The notes beneath the pieces were generated by a model. The model ran no database searches and was not told the origin of the DNA. It saw only the letters and a program-made list of their open reading frames with translations. A DNA stretch of 64,000 nucleotides from Microgenomates group bacterium Gr01-1014_7 (GTDB taxonomy: Bacteria > Patescibacteriota > Microgenomatia > Daviesbacterales > UBA10151). Positions within the stretch are counted from its first letter, which is position 1; each line of letters begins with the position of its first letter. Where the stretch lies: assembly GCA_007376405.1 (NCBI GenBank), contig VMGD01000001.1, positions 2,891-66,890 on the forward strand, given 5' to 3'. A program made the translations under genes and the position numbers. Below are positions 1 through 8,780 of this stretch, in pieces.

Positions 1-948
1 CTGCCCTTTAAACCAACTAATATATTTTTGTAAACCATCAAGTAAAGAAGTTCTCGGTTGGTAATTTAATATTCTTTGAGCTTTACTAATATCTGCGAAG
101 GTTATCGGAGGATCACCAAGCTGTTCTGGTAATTTGAATACTTTAGCTTTCTTTCCTAAAACTTTTTCAAGCATTTGTACTAGCTTAAGCAGTTCCACTG
201 GTTCATTATTACCCAAATTAATAATTTCATACTGCGAACTAGAATAATCTAAAGTAGCTACAATACCAGAAACAACATCGTCAATAAATGTGTAATCTCT
301 TTTAGTTTTTCCCTCACCATAAATAGTAATGGGCTTACCTTTGGAAATTAATTTAGTAAATTTATGAATTACTAAATCTGGTCTTTGTTTTGGACCATAA
401 ACAGAAAAAAATCTAAGACCTATAAATTGCAAATTATATAACTTTGAATATACCTGTCCAAGTAATTCACCAGAAATCTTGGTAAAACCGTAAGGGTTAA
501 TCGGCATAAGTACACGATCATCTTCCCGCCATGGAACATTTGGATTTACTCCATACACACTACTTGATGAAGCAAAAATAAATTGTTTACATTTTAACTG
601 CTTAGCAAGTTCCAGTAGATTTTGCGTCCCTCCTATATTCACTTCTGTATAAATTTTTGGATCAACTAAGCTTGACCCTATCCCCACTTTGGCTGCTAAA
701 TGAATAATAATGTCGAATTTTTTGGTTAATTTGGATTTCAACTTAGGGAAATTACGAATATCTGCTTGTATGAAATTAAAATTAGGGTTTTTAAGAAAAG
801 GTTTAATATTTTCTTTTTTAACTTTTGAATTATAAAAAGGGTCAAAGTTATCTAAGCACGTAATTCTTAAGTTAGGATCTTCTATTAATTTGTTTATTAG
901 ATTACTTCCAATAAATCCTGCACCACCTGTTATGAGTATCTGTTTCAC
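1..948 (-). CDS. NAD-dependent nucleotide-sugar epimerase/dehydratase (GalE/WcaG-like); 3' end cut by window edge
   Basis: Reverse-strand translation begins (GTG) [21 protein letters not shown]..., a classic SDR Rossmann GxxGxxG, and continues to the window edge (...DGLQKYISWFKGQ). Not in the ORF track because it has no stop codon inside the window. Confidence 0.8.
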   Translation of the reverse strand, partial: MKQILITGGAGFIGSNLINKLIEDPNLRITCLDNFDPFYNSKVKKENIKPFLKNPNFNFIQADIRNFPKLKSKLTKKFDIIIHLAAKVGIGSSLVDPKIYTEVNIGGTQNLLELAKQLKCKQFIFASSSSVYGVNPNVPWREDDRVLMPINPYGFTKISGELLGQVYSKLYNLQFIGLRFFSVYGPKQRPDLVIHKFTKLISKGKPITIYGEGKTKRDYTFIDDVVSGIVATLDYSSSQYEIINLGNNEPVELLKLVQMLEKVLGKKAKVFKLPEQLGDPPITFADISKAQRILNYQPRTSLLDGLQKYISWFKGQ

Positions 949-977
949 CCCAACATAATACTTTACTGGCTTTCGTA

Positions 978-1006
978 TTGTCAAAATACTCTATAATTAC
1001 CATAAT
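978..1006 (+). promoter_or_regulatory. Candidate promoter TTGTCA-N17-CATAAT, 6 nt upstream of the ATG at 1013 (leaderless-type)
   Basis: TTGTCA at 978-983, CATAAT at 1001-1006, ATG at 1013, and no Shine-Dalgarno. The site lies in the 64-bp divergent intergenic region. Confidence 0.3.
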
Positions 1007-1012
1007 AACTCT

Positions 1013-2056
1013 ATGGAAGAAAAATTTGTAAGAATTTTCCCTAATAACGTTAAAAAATACCTCCGAAATTCAATGTTTGGTACTCAAAAAAATAAGGAGA
1101 TTGAGATTCCAGTTTTTGCACAGTTGAGAAATTTCTTAAGCCAAAGAAATATATACATAAATACTTATGATGTTTCCACAAAAAAGCCTCCTTATAGAAA
1201 TATCCACTTTGATTTACCTTATCCTTTTCCTTCAAACTTCCCTATTTGGAAAATAATCTTTTTAAATAGAAGGAAAAATATACTTATATGTACAGAGCCA
1301 CCAATGGTAAACCCTTTTAATTATATGAAAATATTTCATACTTTTTTTATAAAAGTTTATACTTGGAATGATGAGTTAGTAGATTATATAAAATATTTCA
1401 AAACTAATCTACCTAAATCTAGTTTAGGAATTAAGACTAAAGCTAAGAAATTTAAGGAGAAGAAGTTTTTAATCTTAATTAACAAAAACATCCTACCATT
1501 TTATCCGTTTAAAATATTTAAGCCTTTTGGTAAGGAGCTATATTCTGAAAGAATTAAGGCAATTGAGTTTTTCGAAGAAAATATTCCGGACAAGTTTTTT
1601 TTATATGGTAAAGGTTGGAATAAACCCAAAAAATATAATTTAAAGGAATCTATCTTTGGCTTCAAAAAATATTCAACTTATAAGGGGGAGGTTGGTAATA
1701 AAATTGAACTTTTATCCAATTTTAAATTTTGTATTTGTTTTGAAAATCTAACAGATATCAAAGGATACATTACTGAAAAGATATTTGACTGCTTTAAGGC
1801 CAGATGTGTTCCTATCTATTTGGGGGCTTCTAATATAGAAAAGTATATACCAAAAGGTTGCTTCGTCGATTTCAGGGATTTTGGCAACTATGAAGAGTTA
1901 CTTAACTTTCTTGCCTCGATTGATGAAAATAGATATAATTGCTACATTGAAAACATTGAAAGGTTGTTAGCAGACAAAAAATTTATTAATTTATGGTTTG
2001 AAGATGGCTTTTCAAAATTCTTTTTAGAAGATATTTTAGAAATTAAACAAGGCTAA
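1013..2056 (+). CDS. GT10-family alpha-1,3/4-fucosyltransferase-like glycosyltransferase
   Basis: C-terminal block FKFCICFENLTDIKGYITEKIFDCFKARCVPIYLGASNIEKYIP...FVDFRDF matches the conserved GT10 (FucT) donor-binding motifs (FENS...GY(V/I)TEK...IP(V/I)Y.G). Confidence 0.75.
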   Translation: MEEKFVRIFPNNVKKYLRNSMFGTQKNKEIEIPVFAQLRNFLSQRNIYINTYDVSTKKPPYRNIHFDLPYPFPSNFPIWKIIFLNRRKNILICTEPPMVNPFNYMKIFHTFFIKVYTWNDELVDYIKYFKTNLPKSSLGIKTKAKKFKEKKFLILINKNILPFYPFKIFKPFGKELYSERIKAIEFFEENIPDKFFLYGKGWNKPKKYNLKESIFGFKKYSTYKGEVGNKIELLSNFKFCICFENLTDIKGYITEKIFDCFKARCVPIYLGASNIEKYIPKGCFVDFRDFGNYEELLNFLASIDENRYNCYIENIERLLADKKFINLWFEDGFSKFFLEDILEIKQG

Positions 2057-2061
2057 ATAGC

Positions 2062-2089
2062 TTGCTTTAGGGCAATTATCTGATATAAT
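2062..2089 (+). promoter_or_regulatory. Candidate promoter TTGCTT-N16-TGaTATAAT, 8 nt upstream of the ATG at 2098 (leaderless-type), head of the long sugar operon
   Basis: An extended -10 (TGnTATAAT) at 2081-2089 and the ATG at 2098, with no Shine-Dalgarno. Confidence 0.35.
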
Positions 2090-2097
2090 TCCAAACT

Positions 2098-3090
2098 ATG
2101 TTTAAGAAAGTTTTAATAACTGGCATTACCGGTTTTGTTGGAAGCCACTTGGCGGAATATATTTTAAAAGAACATAAAGATACAAAGATTTATGGACTTG
2201 TAAGGTGGCGATCGCCAAAAGATAATATTTTAGGGATCATGGATCAAATTAATTTATGTTTAGGGGACTTAGAAGATTATAGTTCTTTAGAAAAAATACT
2301 CTCAGAAGTAAAACCTGATGTTATATTTCACCTTGCTGCTCAATCATATGTAGATTTTAGTTTTATTGCCCCAATATCAACTTTACAAGCAAATGTAATC
2401 GGTACAGCTAATTTGCTTGAATCCATTAAAAATCTTAAATTGCAAGAAAAATATGATCCGATTATTCATATTTGTAGTTCTTCTGAAGTTTATGGACAGG
2501 TCAAAGAAGATGAAATTCCAATCAAAGAAACAAATTCTTTTCGGCCAGCATCACCTTATGCTGTTTCTAAAGTTGGGGAGGATATGTTGGCCCTGCAATA
2601 CTTTTTATCCTGGAAAATAAAAACAATCAGAACAAGGATGTTTACTCATGAGGGACCAAGAAGAGGAGAAGTTTTTGCTCCTTCTAATTTTGCTAAACAA
2701 GTTGCTGCAATAGAAGCAGATAAACAAAAGCCTGTTGTGATGGTTGGAAATTTAAATAGTGTAAGAACCTTTATGGATGTGCGGGATGCTGTAAGCGCAT
2801 ATTGGTTGCTTGTAAATAAATGTACCCCGGGAGAGGTTTACAACATAGGCGGTGTAGAGACTATGACTATTGGGGATATGTTAAAAAAACTCATCAGTTT
2901 TTCCAAAAAGAAAAATATCAAAATAGAAGTAGATCCCAAACGCTTACGCCCCTCTGATGTTACTCTACAAATACCCTCAGTTAAGAAGTTTGTTCAACAA
3001 ACCAATTGGAAGCCAAACATAAAGTTTGATCAAACTTTAAAAGATATGCTGGATTACTGGAGAGATTATTATAAGAAAATTTATGAATAG
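2098..3090 (+). CDS. GDP-mannose 4,6-dehydratase / GDP-4-keto-6-deoxy-mannose reductase (Gmd/Rmd) family SDR
   Basis: ITGITGFVGSHL N-terminus, SSSEVYG catalytic block, THEGPRRGEVF, NLNSVRTFMDVRDAVSAYWLL and DPKRLRPSDV...NWKP align with Gmd/Rmd family signatures. Dehydratase versus reductase cannot be decided by eye. Confidence 0.8.
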   Translation: MFKKVLITGITGFVGSHLAEYILKEHKDTKIYGLVRWRSPKDNILGIMDQINLCLGDLEDYSSLEKILSEVKPDVIFHLAAQSYVDFSFIAPISTLQANVIGTANLLESIKNLKLQEKYDPIIHICSSSEVYGQVKEDEIPIKETNSFRPASPYAVSKVGEDMLALQYFLSWKIKTIRTRMFTHEGPRRGEVFAPSNFAKQVAAIEADKQKPVVMVGNLNSVRTFMDVRDAVSAYWLLVNKCTPGEVYNIGGVETMTIGDMLKKLISFSKKKNIKIEVDPKRLRPSDVTLQIPSVKKFVQQTNWKPNIKFDQTLKDMLDYWRDYYKKIYE

Positions 3091-4057
3091 AAAAAAAATA
3101 ATTTTAAATCTTTTTAAAAAAGCTTATTTAATAAGGACTACTGAGGAGTTAATCATTAAACACTATGATAATAATGAGATGAAAACACCAATGCATATGT
3201 CTATGGGGGAGGAAGCAATTATGGCTGGTGTTTGTACTGCACTGGGAAAAAACTCACAAACTTTTGGGACTTATAGAAGTCATGGTTTATACCTTGCAGT
3301 TACAGAAGAAACTGATAAATTTTTTGCCGAAATGTATGGTAAGGTAACAGGAGTTTTAAAAGGAAAAAGTGGTTCTATGCACCTTTTATCACCCAGTGAT
3401 GGCTTACTGGGGATTTCTGCGGTTGTTGGCAGTACTATACCTTTGGCAGTTGGTGCAGCATTTGCCAATATATACCTTAAAAAAAAGCAGATAACGACAG
3501 TCTTTTTTGGTGATGGTGCAGTTGATGAAGGCGTTTTTTGGGAAAGTTTAAACATTGCTTGTTCTAAAGGTCTTCCCGTACTTTTTGTTTGTGAAGATAA
3601 TGGTTATGCAGTACATACTCCTCTTTCAGCAAGGCGTGGATACAAAAGTTTAACCAATATAGTTAAACAATATTCCTGCTCTGTTTTTGAAACAGATTCT
3701 ACTGATGCGGAACAAATCTATAAACTTTCTTTAGAGGCTATTAATTCAATTCAAAAAAAACACCGACCAGCATTTTTACATCTGAAATACTATCGCTATT
3801 TGGAACATGTTGGTGTCCATGAAGATTTTCATGCAGGTTATCGAACTAAATTAGAATTTATGGAGTGGCAAAAAAAAGATCCGGTTAAGTTATTAAGAAA
3901 TAAATTAAAAGACGTAAAGGTGAAAGATATGGATATTATCGAACTTGAAGAACGTATTAACAAGCAAGTGGAAGAGAGTTTGCAGAAAGCGAAAAAGGCT
4001 CCATTCCCTGATCCTTCAGAACTTTTAAAAAATACATTTTATGAACAAACAGCTTAA
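3083..4057 (+). CDS. ThDP-dependent dehydrogenase E1 component, alpha subunit (pyruvate/acetoin dehydrogenase E1-alpha family)
   Basis: MSMGEEA...YRSHG...GSMHL...VFFGDGAVDEGVFWESLNIA...LFVCEDNGYA are E1-alpha ThDP-binding signatures. The gene overlaps the next gene by 17 nt. Confidence 0.85.
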   Translation: MNRKKIILNLFKKAYLIRTTEELIIKHYDNNEMKTPMHMSMGEEAIMAGVCTALGKNSQTFGTYRSHGLYLAVTEETDKFFAEMYGKVTGVLKGKSGSMHLLSPSDGLLGISAVVGSTIPLAVGAAFANIYLKKKQITTVFFGDGAVDEGVFWESLNIACSKGLPVLFVCEDNGYAVHTPLSARRGYKSLTNIVKQYSCSVFETDSTDAEQIYKLSLEAINSIQKKHRPAFLHLKYYRYLEHVGVHEDFHAGYRTKLEFMEWQKKDPVKLLRNKLKDVKVKDMDIIELEERINKQVEESLQKAKKAPFPDPSELLKNTFYEQTA

Positions 4058-5105
4058 ACTGGCAACAAAAAAAATTTCTTACCGGACTGCAATTAACCAA
4101 GCTCTTCACCAAGAAATGGAGCGAGATAACTCAATTTTCACATATGGAATTGATGTCGCAGACCATAAAAGAATATTTGGTTCAACAACGGGACTTCTAG
4201 AAACATTTGGTCCTCAACGTGTTTTCTCTACTCCACTTTCTGAAGAAGCACTGTTAGGCTTCGGCTTAGGAGCAGCTATAAATGGTTTACGACCAATTAA
4301 TGTCCACATTAGAGTTGATTTTCTGCTTTTAGCTATTAATCAACTTGTAAATATGGTTGCAAGTTATCACTACGGTTCAGATGGAAAATTACAAGTTCCT
4401 TTAGTTATCCGAGCAATTATCGGCAAAGGTTGGGGTCAATCGTACCAACATAGTAAAAGCTTACAATCATTTTTTGCTCACATCCCAGGATTGAAAGTAG
4501 TTATGCCGACTACACCGGCTGACGCTAAAGGATTGTTAATATCTGCTATAAGGGATAATAATCCTGTAGTAGTTTTAGAACATCGGATGCTTTACGACGT
4601 TGAAGATGAGGTACCTATTAAACCTATACCTACACCACTGGGTAAAGGACAAATCCTGAAAATAGGGACAGATATTACAATTATTGCTACTTCCTACTCT
4701 GTAGTTTCCGCAGTGCAAGCTGCTAAAGTTTTAGAAAAACAAGGTGTGAGTGTGGAAGTAGTTGATCCACGTTCTATCTTCCCTTTGGATGAAAATCTTA
4801 TTATAAAATCTGTTGAAAAAACCGGTCATTGTATTATTGCAGATTATGACTGGACTTTTTGCGGGTTTTCCGCTGAATTAGCTACCAGAATTTATGAAAA
4901 GTTATCTCACAAATTAAAATCTGAAGTAATGCGATTAGGATTTGCACCCACCCATTGTCCCAGTACAAGACCGTTAGAAAATGAATTTTATACAGACTCG
5001 ATTGATTTAATAAGGGCTGTTGAAAAAAAACTCAAGCTGAAGGAGATGGATTTATCACAAGAAACTTTTTATAGTTATGAAAATCAATTCAGGGGACCCT
5101 TTTGA
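4041..5105 (+). CDS. ThDP-dependent dehydrogenase E1 component, beta subunit (transketolase-like pyrimidine-binding plus C-terminal domain)
   Basis: E1-beta-like blocks: INQALHQEMERD...FGIDV...GLLETFGPQRVFSTPLSEEALLGFGLGAA...KVVMPTTPADAKGLL...VVVLEHRMLY. Translationally coupled to the flanking genes. Confidence 0.8.
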   Translation: MNKQLKLATKKISYRTAINQALHQEMERDNSIFTYGIDVADHKRIFGSTTGLLETFGPQRVFSTPLSEEALLGFGLGAAINGLRPINVHIRVDFLLLAINQLVNMVASYHYGSDGKLQVPLVIRAIIGKGWGQSYQHSKSLQSFFAHIPGLKVVMPTTPADAKGLLISAIRDNNPVVVLEHRMLYDVEDEVPIKPIPTPLGKGQILKIGTDITIIATSYSVVSAVQAAKVLEKQGVSVEVVDPRSIFPLDENLIIKSVEKTGHCIIADYDWTFCGFSAELATRIYEKLSHKLKSEVMRLGFAPTHCPSTRPLENEFYTDSIDLIRAVEKKLKLKEMDLSQETFYSYENQFRGPF

Positions 5106-5926
5106 TGCTAAAATTTCCACATCTTAAAGATGCAGCAAGAAAAATAAGGCTTAACTGCCTAAAGATGCAGCATATTGCTTATCAAGGACATTTAGGAGGA
5201 GCCTTTTCTGTAACTGAAATATTAGTTGCCCTTTATTACTGCGGTATTATTAATATTTCACCAAAAAATTTTAATGATCCAAAAAGAGATAGGATTATTT
5301 TTAGTAAAGGACACGCTTGTTTGTCCCTTTATGCTGTTCTAGCAGATAAGGGATTTTTTCCAAAAGCAGAATTAGAAAGATACGGTCAAAACGGCACTTT
5401 TTTGGGCGGTCACCCGGATCACTTGATACCTGGAGTAGAAGTATCTTCCGGATCTTTAGGTCACGGTCTAGGAATTGGCGCAGGCATGGCAATTGCCGCA
5501 AAATTAAACGATCAAAAGTATTTGACTTATGTCATTTTAGGGGATGGTGAGTGTACTGAAGGATCCATTTGGGAAGCAATTGCCTTTGCTGTTGTGCAAA
5601 ATCTTAACAATCTTATCGCAATTGTTGATAATAACCAAATCGCGGCAACTTCAAAAACGCAAAAGTTTGTTGGATCTTCTCTTTTAGAAAATAAATGGAA
5701 ATCTTTTGGCTGGGATACTTTATCAATAGATGGGAATAATATTTCGGAAATTATTAACGCGTTAAAAAAATCGAAAATGCATTCTACTAGTAAAAAACCG
5801 CTTGCAATTATAGCTAATACAATCAAAGGAAAAGGTGTGTTTTTTATGGAAGGTGATCCTAAATGGCATCACGGCGTTGCAAATGATACCCAGTATGAAC
5901 AGGCAAGAAAGGAGCTAAGTAAATGA
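5102..5926 (+). CDS. Transketolase, N-terminal (ThDP-binding) subunit of a split transketolase
   Basis: GHLGGAFSVTEILVALYY, FSKGHACLSLYAVLADKG, GSLGHGLGIGAGMA, VILGDGECTEGSIWEA are transketolase N-terminal domain motifs. The protein is 274 aa, typical of a split-form N subunit. Confidence 0.85.
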   Translation: MMLKFPHLKDAARKIRLNCLKMQHIAYQGHLGGAFSVTEILVALYYCGIINISPKNFNDPKRDRIIFSKGHACLSLYAVLADKGFFPKAELERYGQNGTFLGGHPDHLIPGVEVSSGSLGHGLGIGAGMAIAAKLNDQKYLTYVILGDGECTEGSIWEAIAFAVVQNLNNLIAIVDNNQIAATSKTQKFVGSSLLENKWKSFGWDTLSIDGNNISEIINALKKSKMHSTSKKPLAIIANTIKGKGVFFMEGDPKWHHGVANDTQYEQARKELSK

Positions 5927-6873
5927 ACAAAATAACCGCTCCGAAACGGAAATACCAGGATATGCGCGATGCCTTTTTTGAAGAGCTATTTCAGATTGCA
6001 TCTATAGACAGAGATGTAATACTTTTGATGGCTGACCAGGGGGCGCAGACTATGAAAAAATTTGAAGAAAAAATTCCTGATCAATTAATAAATGTAGGCA
6101 TAGCGGAGCAAAACATGATTTCCGTAGCTGCTGGACTAGCTTTGTGTGGGAAAAAAGTGTTTGTCCATGCTATTGCAAACTTCACTACACTAAGGTGTTA
6201 TGAGCAGATAAAAGTTGATCTTTCAATAATGAATTTACCCGTTACAATTGCTGGAGTCGGTGCAGGATTTACTTATGGAAGCGATGGACCAACACATCAC
6301 GCTAATCAGGATATTGCTGCAATGCGGGCAATCCCAGGAATAAGAATTTTAAACGCTTCTGATATTGTAAGCTTATCCGCTTTTCCTCACCTAGCATACC
6401 AAATTCCCAAGTTGACATATATCCGATTTGATAAAGGTAACTATATTGCCCTTTATAATAAAAATCATAATTTTCTAGATGGAATGTATGAGGTTGTAAA
6501 GGGAACAGATACGGTAATTATCTCTACAGGAATAATGGTTCATCAAGCTGTAAAAATTGCAAATCAGTTTAAATCGAAAGTTGGTGTAATTGATATCTAT
6601 CAACTTAAGCCATTAAATGAAGAAAAATTACATAAACTCCTCTCTTCTTATAAAAAAATCGTTGTTCTGGAAGAACATCTATCTTATGGTGGATTAGCAA
6701 CAATAGTGGCTGATATGCTGGCAGATTACTCTTTAAATAAAGGCTTTTTAAGGATTGGCTTACCGGATGAAAATATCTTTATTTATGGGGATAGAAATTA
6801 TATGCACAAGCAAATTGGAATATCTTACCCTCAAATTATTAAAAAAATTGACAAATTCCTGAAAGATAAATGA
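5923..6873 (+). CDS. Transketolase, C-terminal subunit of a split transketolase
   Basis: Transketolase pyrimidine-binding and C-terminal domain pattern: LINVGIAEQNMISVAAGLALCGKKVFVHA...GSDGPTHHANQDIAAMRAIPG. The ATGA overlap with the upstream N subunit indicates coupled translation. Confidence 0.8.
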   Translation: MNKITAPKRKYQDMRDAFFEELFQIASIDRDVILLMADQGAQTMKKFEEKIPDQLINVGIAEQNMISVAAGLALCGKKVFVHAIANFTTLRCYEQIKVDLSIMNLPVTIAGVGAGFTYGSDGPTHHANQDIAAMRAIPGIRILNASDIVSLSAFPHLAYQIPKLTYIRFDKGNYIALYNKNHNFLDGMYEVVKGTDTVIISTGIMVHQAVKIANQFKSKVGVIDIYQLKPLNEEKLHKLLSSYKKIVVLEEHLSYGGLATIVADMLADYSLNKGFLRIGLPDENIFIYGDRNYMHKQIGISYPQIIKKIDKFLKDK

Positions 6874-7808
6874 ACAATAAAAAAACTTTTAATTTAACAT
6901 CGAAATCATTTGCTAAAATTTTTAACACAAAGGAGGATACTCTTCCACTTATTGCCAAACAAGCAATCAAAAAAGCAAATTTTAAATACAAAAAAGTTGA
7001 AAATAAAGAATATGATGAAGCTATTTTAAGAATAATCAGAACTCTAGATTCAAGAATCTTAAAAGCTGCTGGACCTCACAGGCAAATTGACTGGGAGAAG
7101 GGCTGGGAAGAAAATTTACAGGAATTTATCCGAGGTAAACGTGATTTAAATCAACTAATCCCAAAATTTGTAAAGAAAGGTGCATACATTAGGTTCCAGG
7201 GTAACTTTATCAAACCTGAAAGTGATTTATTCGAAACAGATTTTGTAACTGTATTGAGGTATTACCTTTTTAGTAAGTATTACAAAAATACAGATACACT
7301 TTATGAATTTGGTGTAGGATCAGGGTTAAATTTAGTAGCAGCATCAGAAATTTTTCCTGAAATGAAATTGGTAGGTCTGGATTGGGCAAGCTCATCTGTA
7401 GAAATTCTAAATTCTTTAAAACAAAAATTGAAAATAAATATTTCCGGAAAAAGAATGGATTTTTTTAATCCGGATGGAGAATATCGCCTTAATAAAGACT
7501 CTGCAATTCTGACTATTGGTACATTAGAGCAATTAGGAGAAAATTTTAAACCCTTTATAAACTACTTACTGAAAAATAAACCCAAAGTTTGTATCCATAT
7601 AGAAACACTTTATGAAGTTTACGATCAGAGCAATTTATTGGATTATTTAGCAATAAAATACTTGGAAAAAAGAAATTACTTAAGGGGTTTTTTACCCTAT
7701 TTAAAAAATCTCGAAGCAAAAAAGAAAATAAGAATACTTGAAATGAGGAGAACTTTTGGTTCTTTTTACCATGAGGGGTATACTTATACAGTTTGGAGAC
7801 CAATTTAG
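6870..7808 (+). CDS. Hypothetical protein, possibly a class I SAM-dependent methyltransferase fold
   Basis: A long ORF coupled to the transketolase genes. EFGVGSGLNL followed by LVGLDWASSSVEIL resembles methyltransferase motif I and post-I, but the match is weak. Confidence 0.4.
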   Translation: MNNKKTFNLTSKSFAKIFNTKEDTLPLIAKQAIKKANFKYKKVENKEYDEAILRIIRTLDSRILKAAGPHRQIDWEKGWEENLQEFIRGKRDLNQLIPKFVKKGAYIRFQGNFIKPESDLFETDFVTVLRYYLFSKYYKNTDTLYEFGVGSGLNLVAASEIFPEMKLVGLDWASSSVEILNSLKQKLKINISGKRMDFFNPDGEYRLNKDSAILTIGTLEQLGENFKPFINYLLKNKPKVCIHIETLYEVYDQSNLLDYLAIKYLEKRNYLRGFLPYLKNLEAKKKIRILEMRRTFGSFYHEGYTYTVWRPI

Positions 7809-7811
7809 CAA

Positions 7812-8780
7812 ATGAGCAATTTTTATAAAAGAAAAAAGGTTTTGGTAGCAGGCGGTACAGGAATGATTGGAATCTGTATGGTAAATAAACTTTTACAATA
7901 TGGTTGCGAAATCACCATTGCATCCTTAGAATCAAAAGAGTACGCAGAAAAATTATTTGGGAAAAAAGTTAGATTTATCCAAACTGATTTAACAGATTTT
8001 GAAAACTGTCTGAAAGTTACCAAGAAACAAGAGTTAGTTTTTAATCTTGTAGGAATTAAAGGATCCGTCGGTATAGGACAAACAAAAATAGCCAGCTTTT
8101 TAGTACCAATGCTTCGTTTTCAGACTAATTTAATGGACGCATCATTTAAAAATGAGGCAAAAGGTTTTCTGTTTGCCAGCAGTATTTGTGCATACCCACA
8201 ATCTGATAAACCTAAAACTGAGGATAGTGTTTGGGATGGACAACCGAAACAAAATGATCGCATCCCAGGTTTAGCCAAAAGAATTGGTGAGGTTCAAGGT
8301 GAGGCATATCTACATGAATTTGGTTGGAAGGCAGTCAAAATTGTCCGACCCTCTAATGTTTTCGGACCCTTTGACGATTTTAATCCAAATACAGCCCAAA
8401 TTATTCCAGCTTTAATTGCCAGGATGGTTGGCAGAGAAAATCCAGTGAAAGTTTGGGGGGATGGTTCTGCTATCAGAGATTTTATTTTTGTAGAAGATGT
8501 GGCAGATGGGATGCTTTTGGCGATGGAAAAAGCAAATCCTGCAGATCCACTTAATGTAGGGTCTGGTAAAGGAATAACTATAAAACAAATCGCTGAAACA
8601 ATCGCCAAAAATGTTCCTCAAAAACCTGAAATTGAATGGGATAAAACAAAACCCACCGGTGATCCATTCAGAATACTCTCTATGCAAAAAACAAAGAAGA
8701 TATTAAAATTTACACCAAAGTATACTCTAGAGGATGGAATTAAAAAAACTATTGGCTGGTACTTAAAAAATCGAGTATGA
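7812..8780 (+). CDS. GDP-L-fucose synthase-like (Fcl/WcaG family) NAD(P)-dependent epimerase/reductase, paralog 1
   Basis: VLVAGGTGMIG Rossmann motif, a SSICAYPQ catalytic region, and IVRPSNVFGPFDDFNPNTAQIIPALI...VWGDGSAIRDFIFVEDVADG align with the Fcl family ([21 protein letters not shown]...VWGSG...REFLHVDD). Confidence 0.8.
   Translation: MSNFYKRKKVLVAGGTGMIGICMVNKLLQYGCEITIASLESKEYAEKLFGKKVRFIQTDLTDFENCLKVTKKQELVFNLVGIKGSVGIGQTKIASFLVPMLRFQTNLMDASFKNEAKGFLFASSICAYPQSDKPKTEDSVWDGQPKQNDRIPGLAKRIGEVQGEAYLHEFGWKAVKIVRPSNVFGPFDDFNPNTAQIIPALIARMVGRENPVKVWGDGSAIRDFIFVEDVADGMLLAMEKANPADPLNVGSGKGITIKQIAETIAKNVPQKPEIEWDKTKPTGDPFRILSMQKTKKILKFTPKYTLEDGIKKTIGWYLKNRV

Noticed and set aside
1050-1235. 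Short antisense or alternate-frame ORFs from the six-frame track (for example 1050-1235, 2417-2620, 3280-3555, 5301-5501, 5527-5826, 7555-7803, 8294-8803, 13417-13677, 13949-14227, 15103-15312, 39097-39354, 42671-42997, 56094-56360)
   Set aside because: All are embedded within, or antisense to, long ORFs with clear homology. In an AT-rich genome such low-complexity ORFs arise by chance, and none shows a recognisable motif or its own start signals.
3083-5105. Interpretation of the E1 alpha/beta genes as a pyruvate dehydrogenase complex
   Set aside because: No E2 (lipoyl acyltransferase) or E3 (dihydrolipoamide dehydrogenase) gene is present in the window. The pair is instead embedded between GDP-sugar enzymes and translationally coupled to them.
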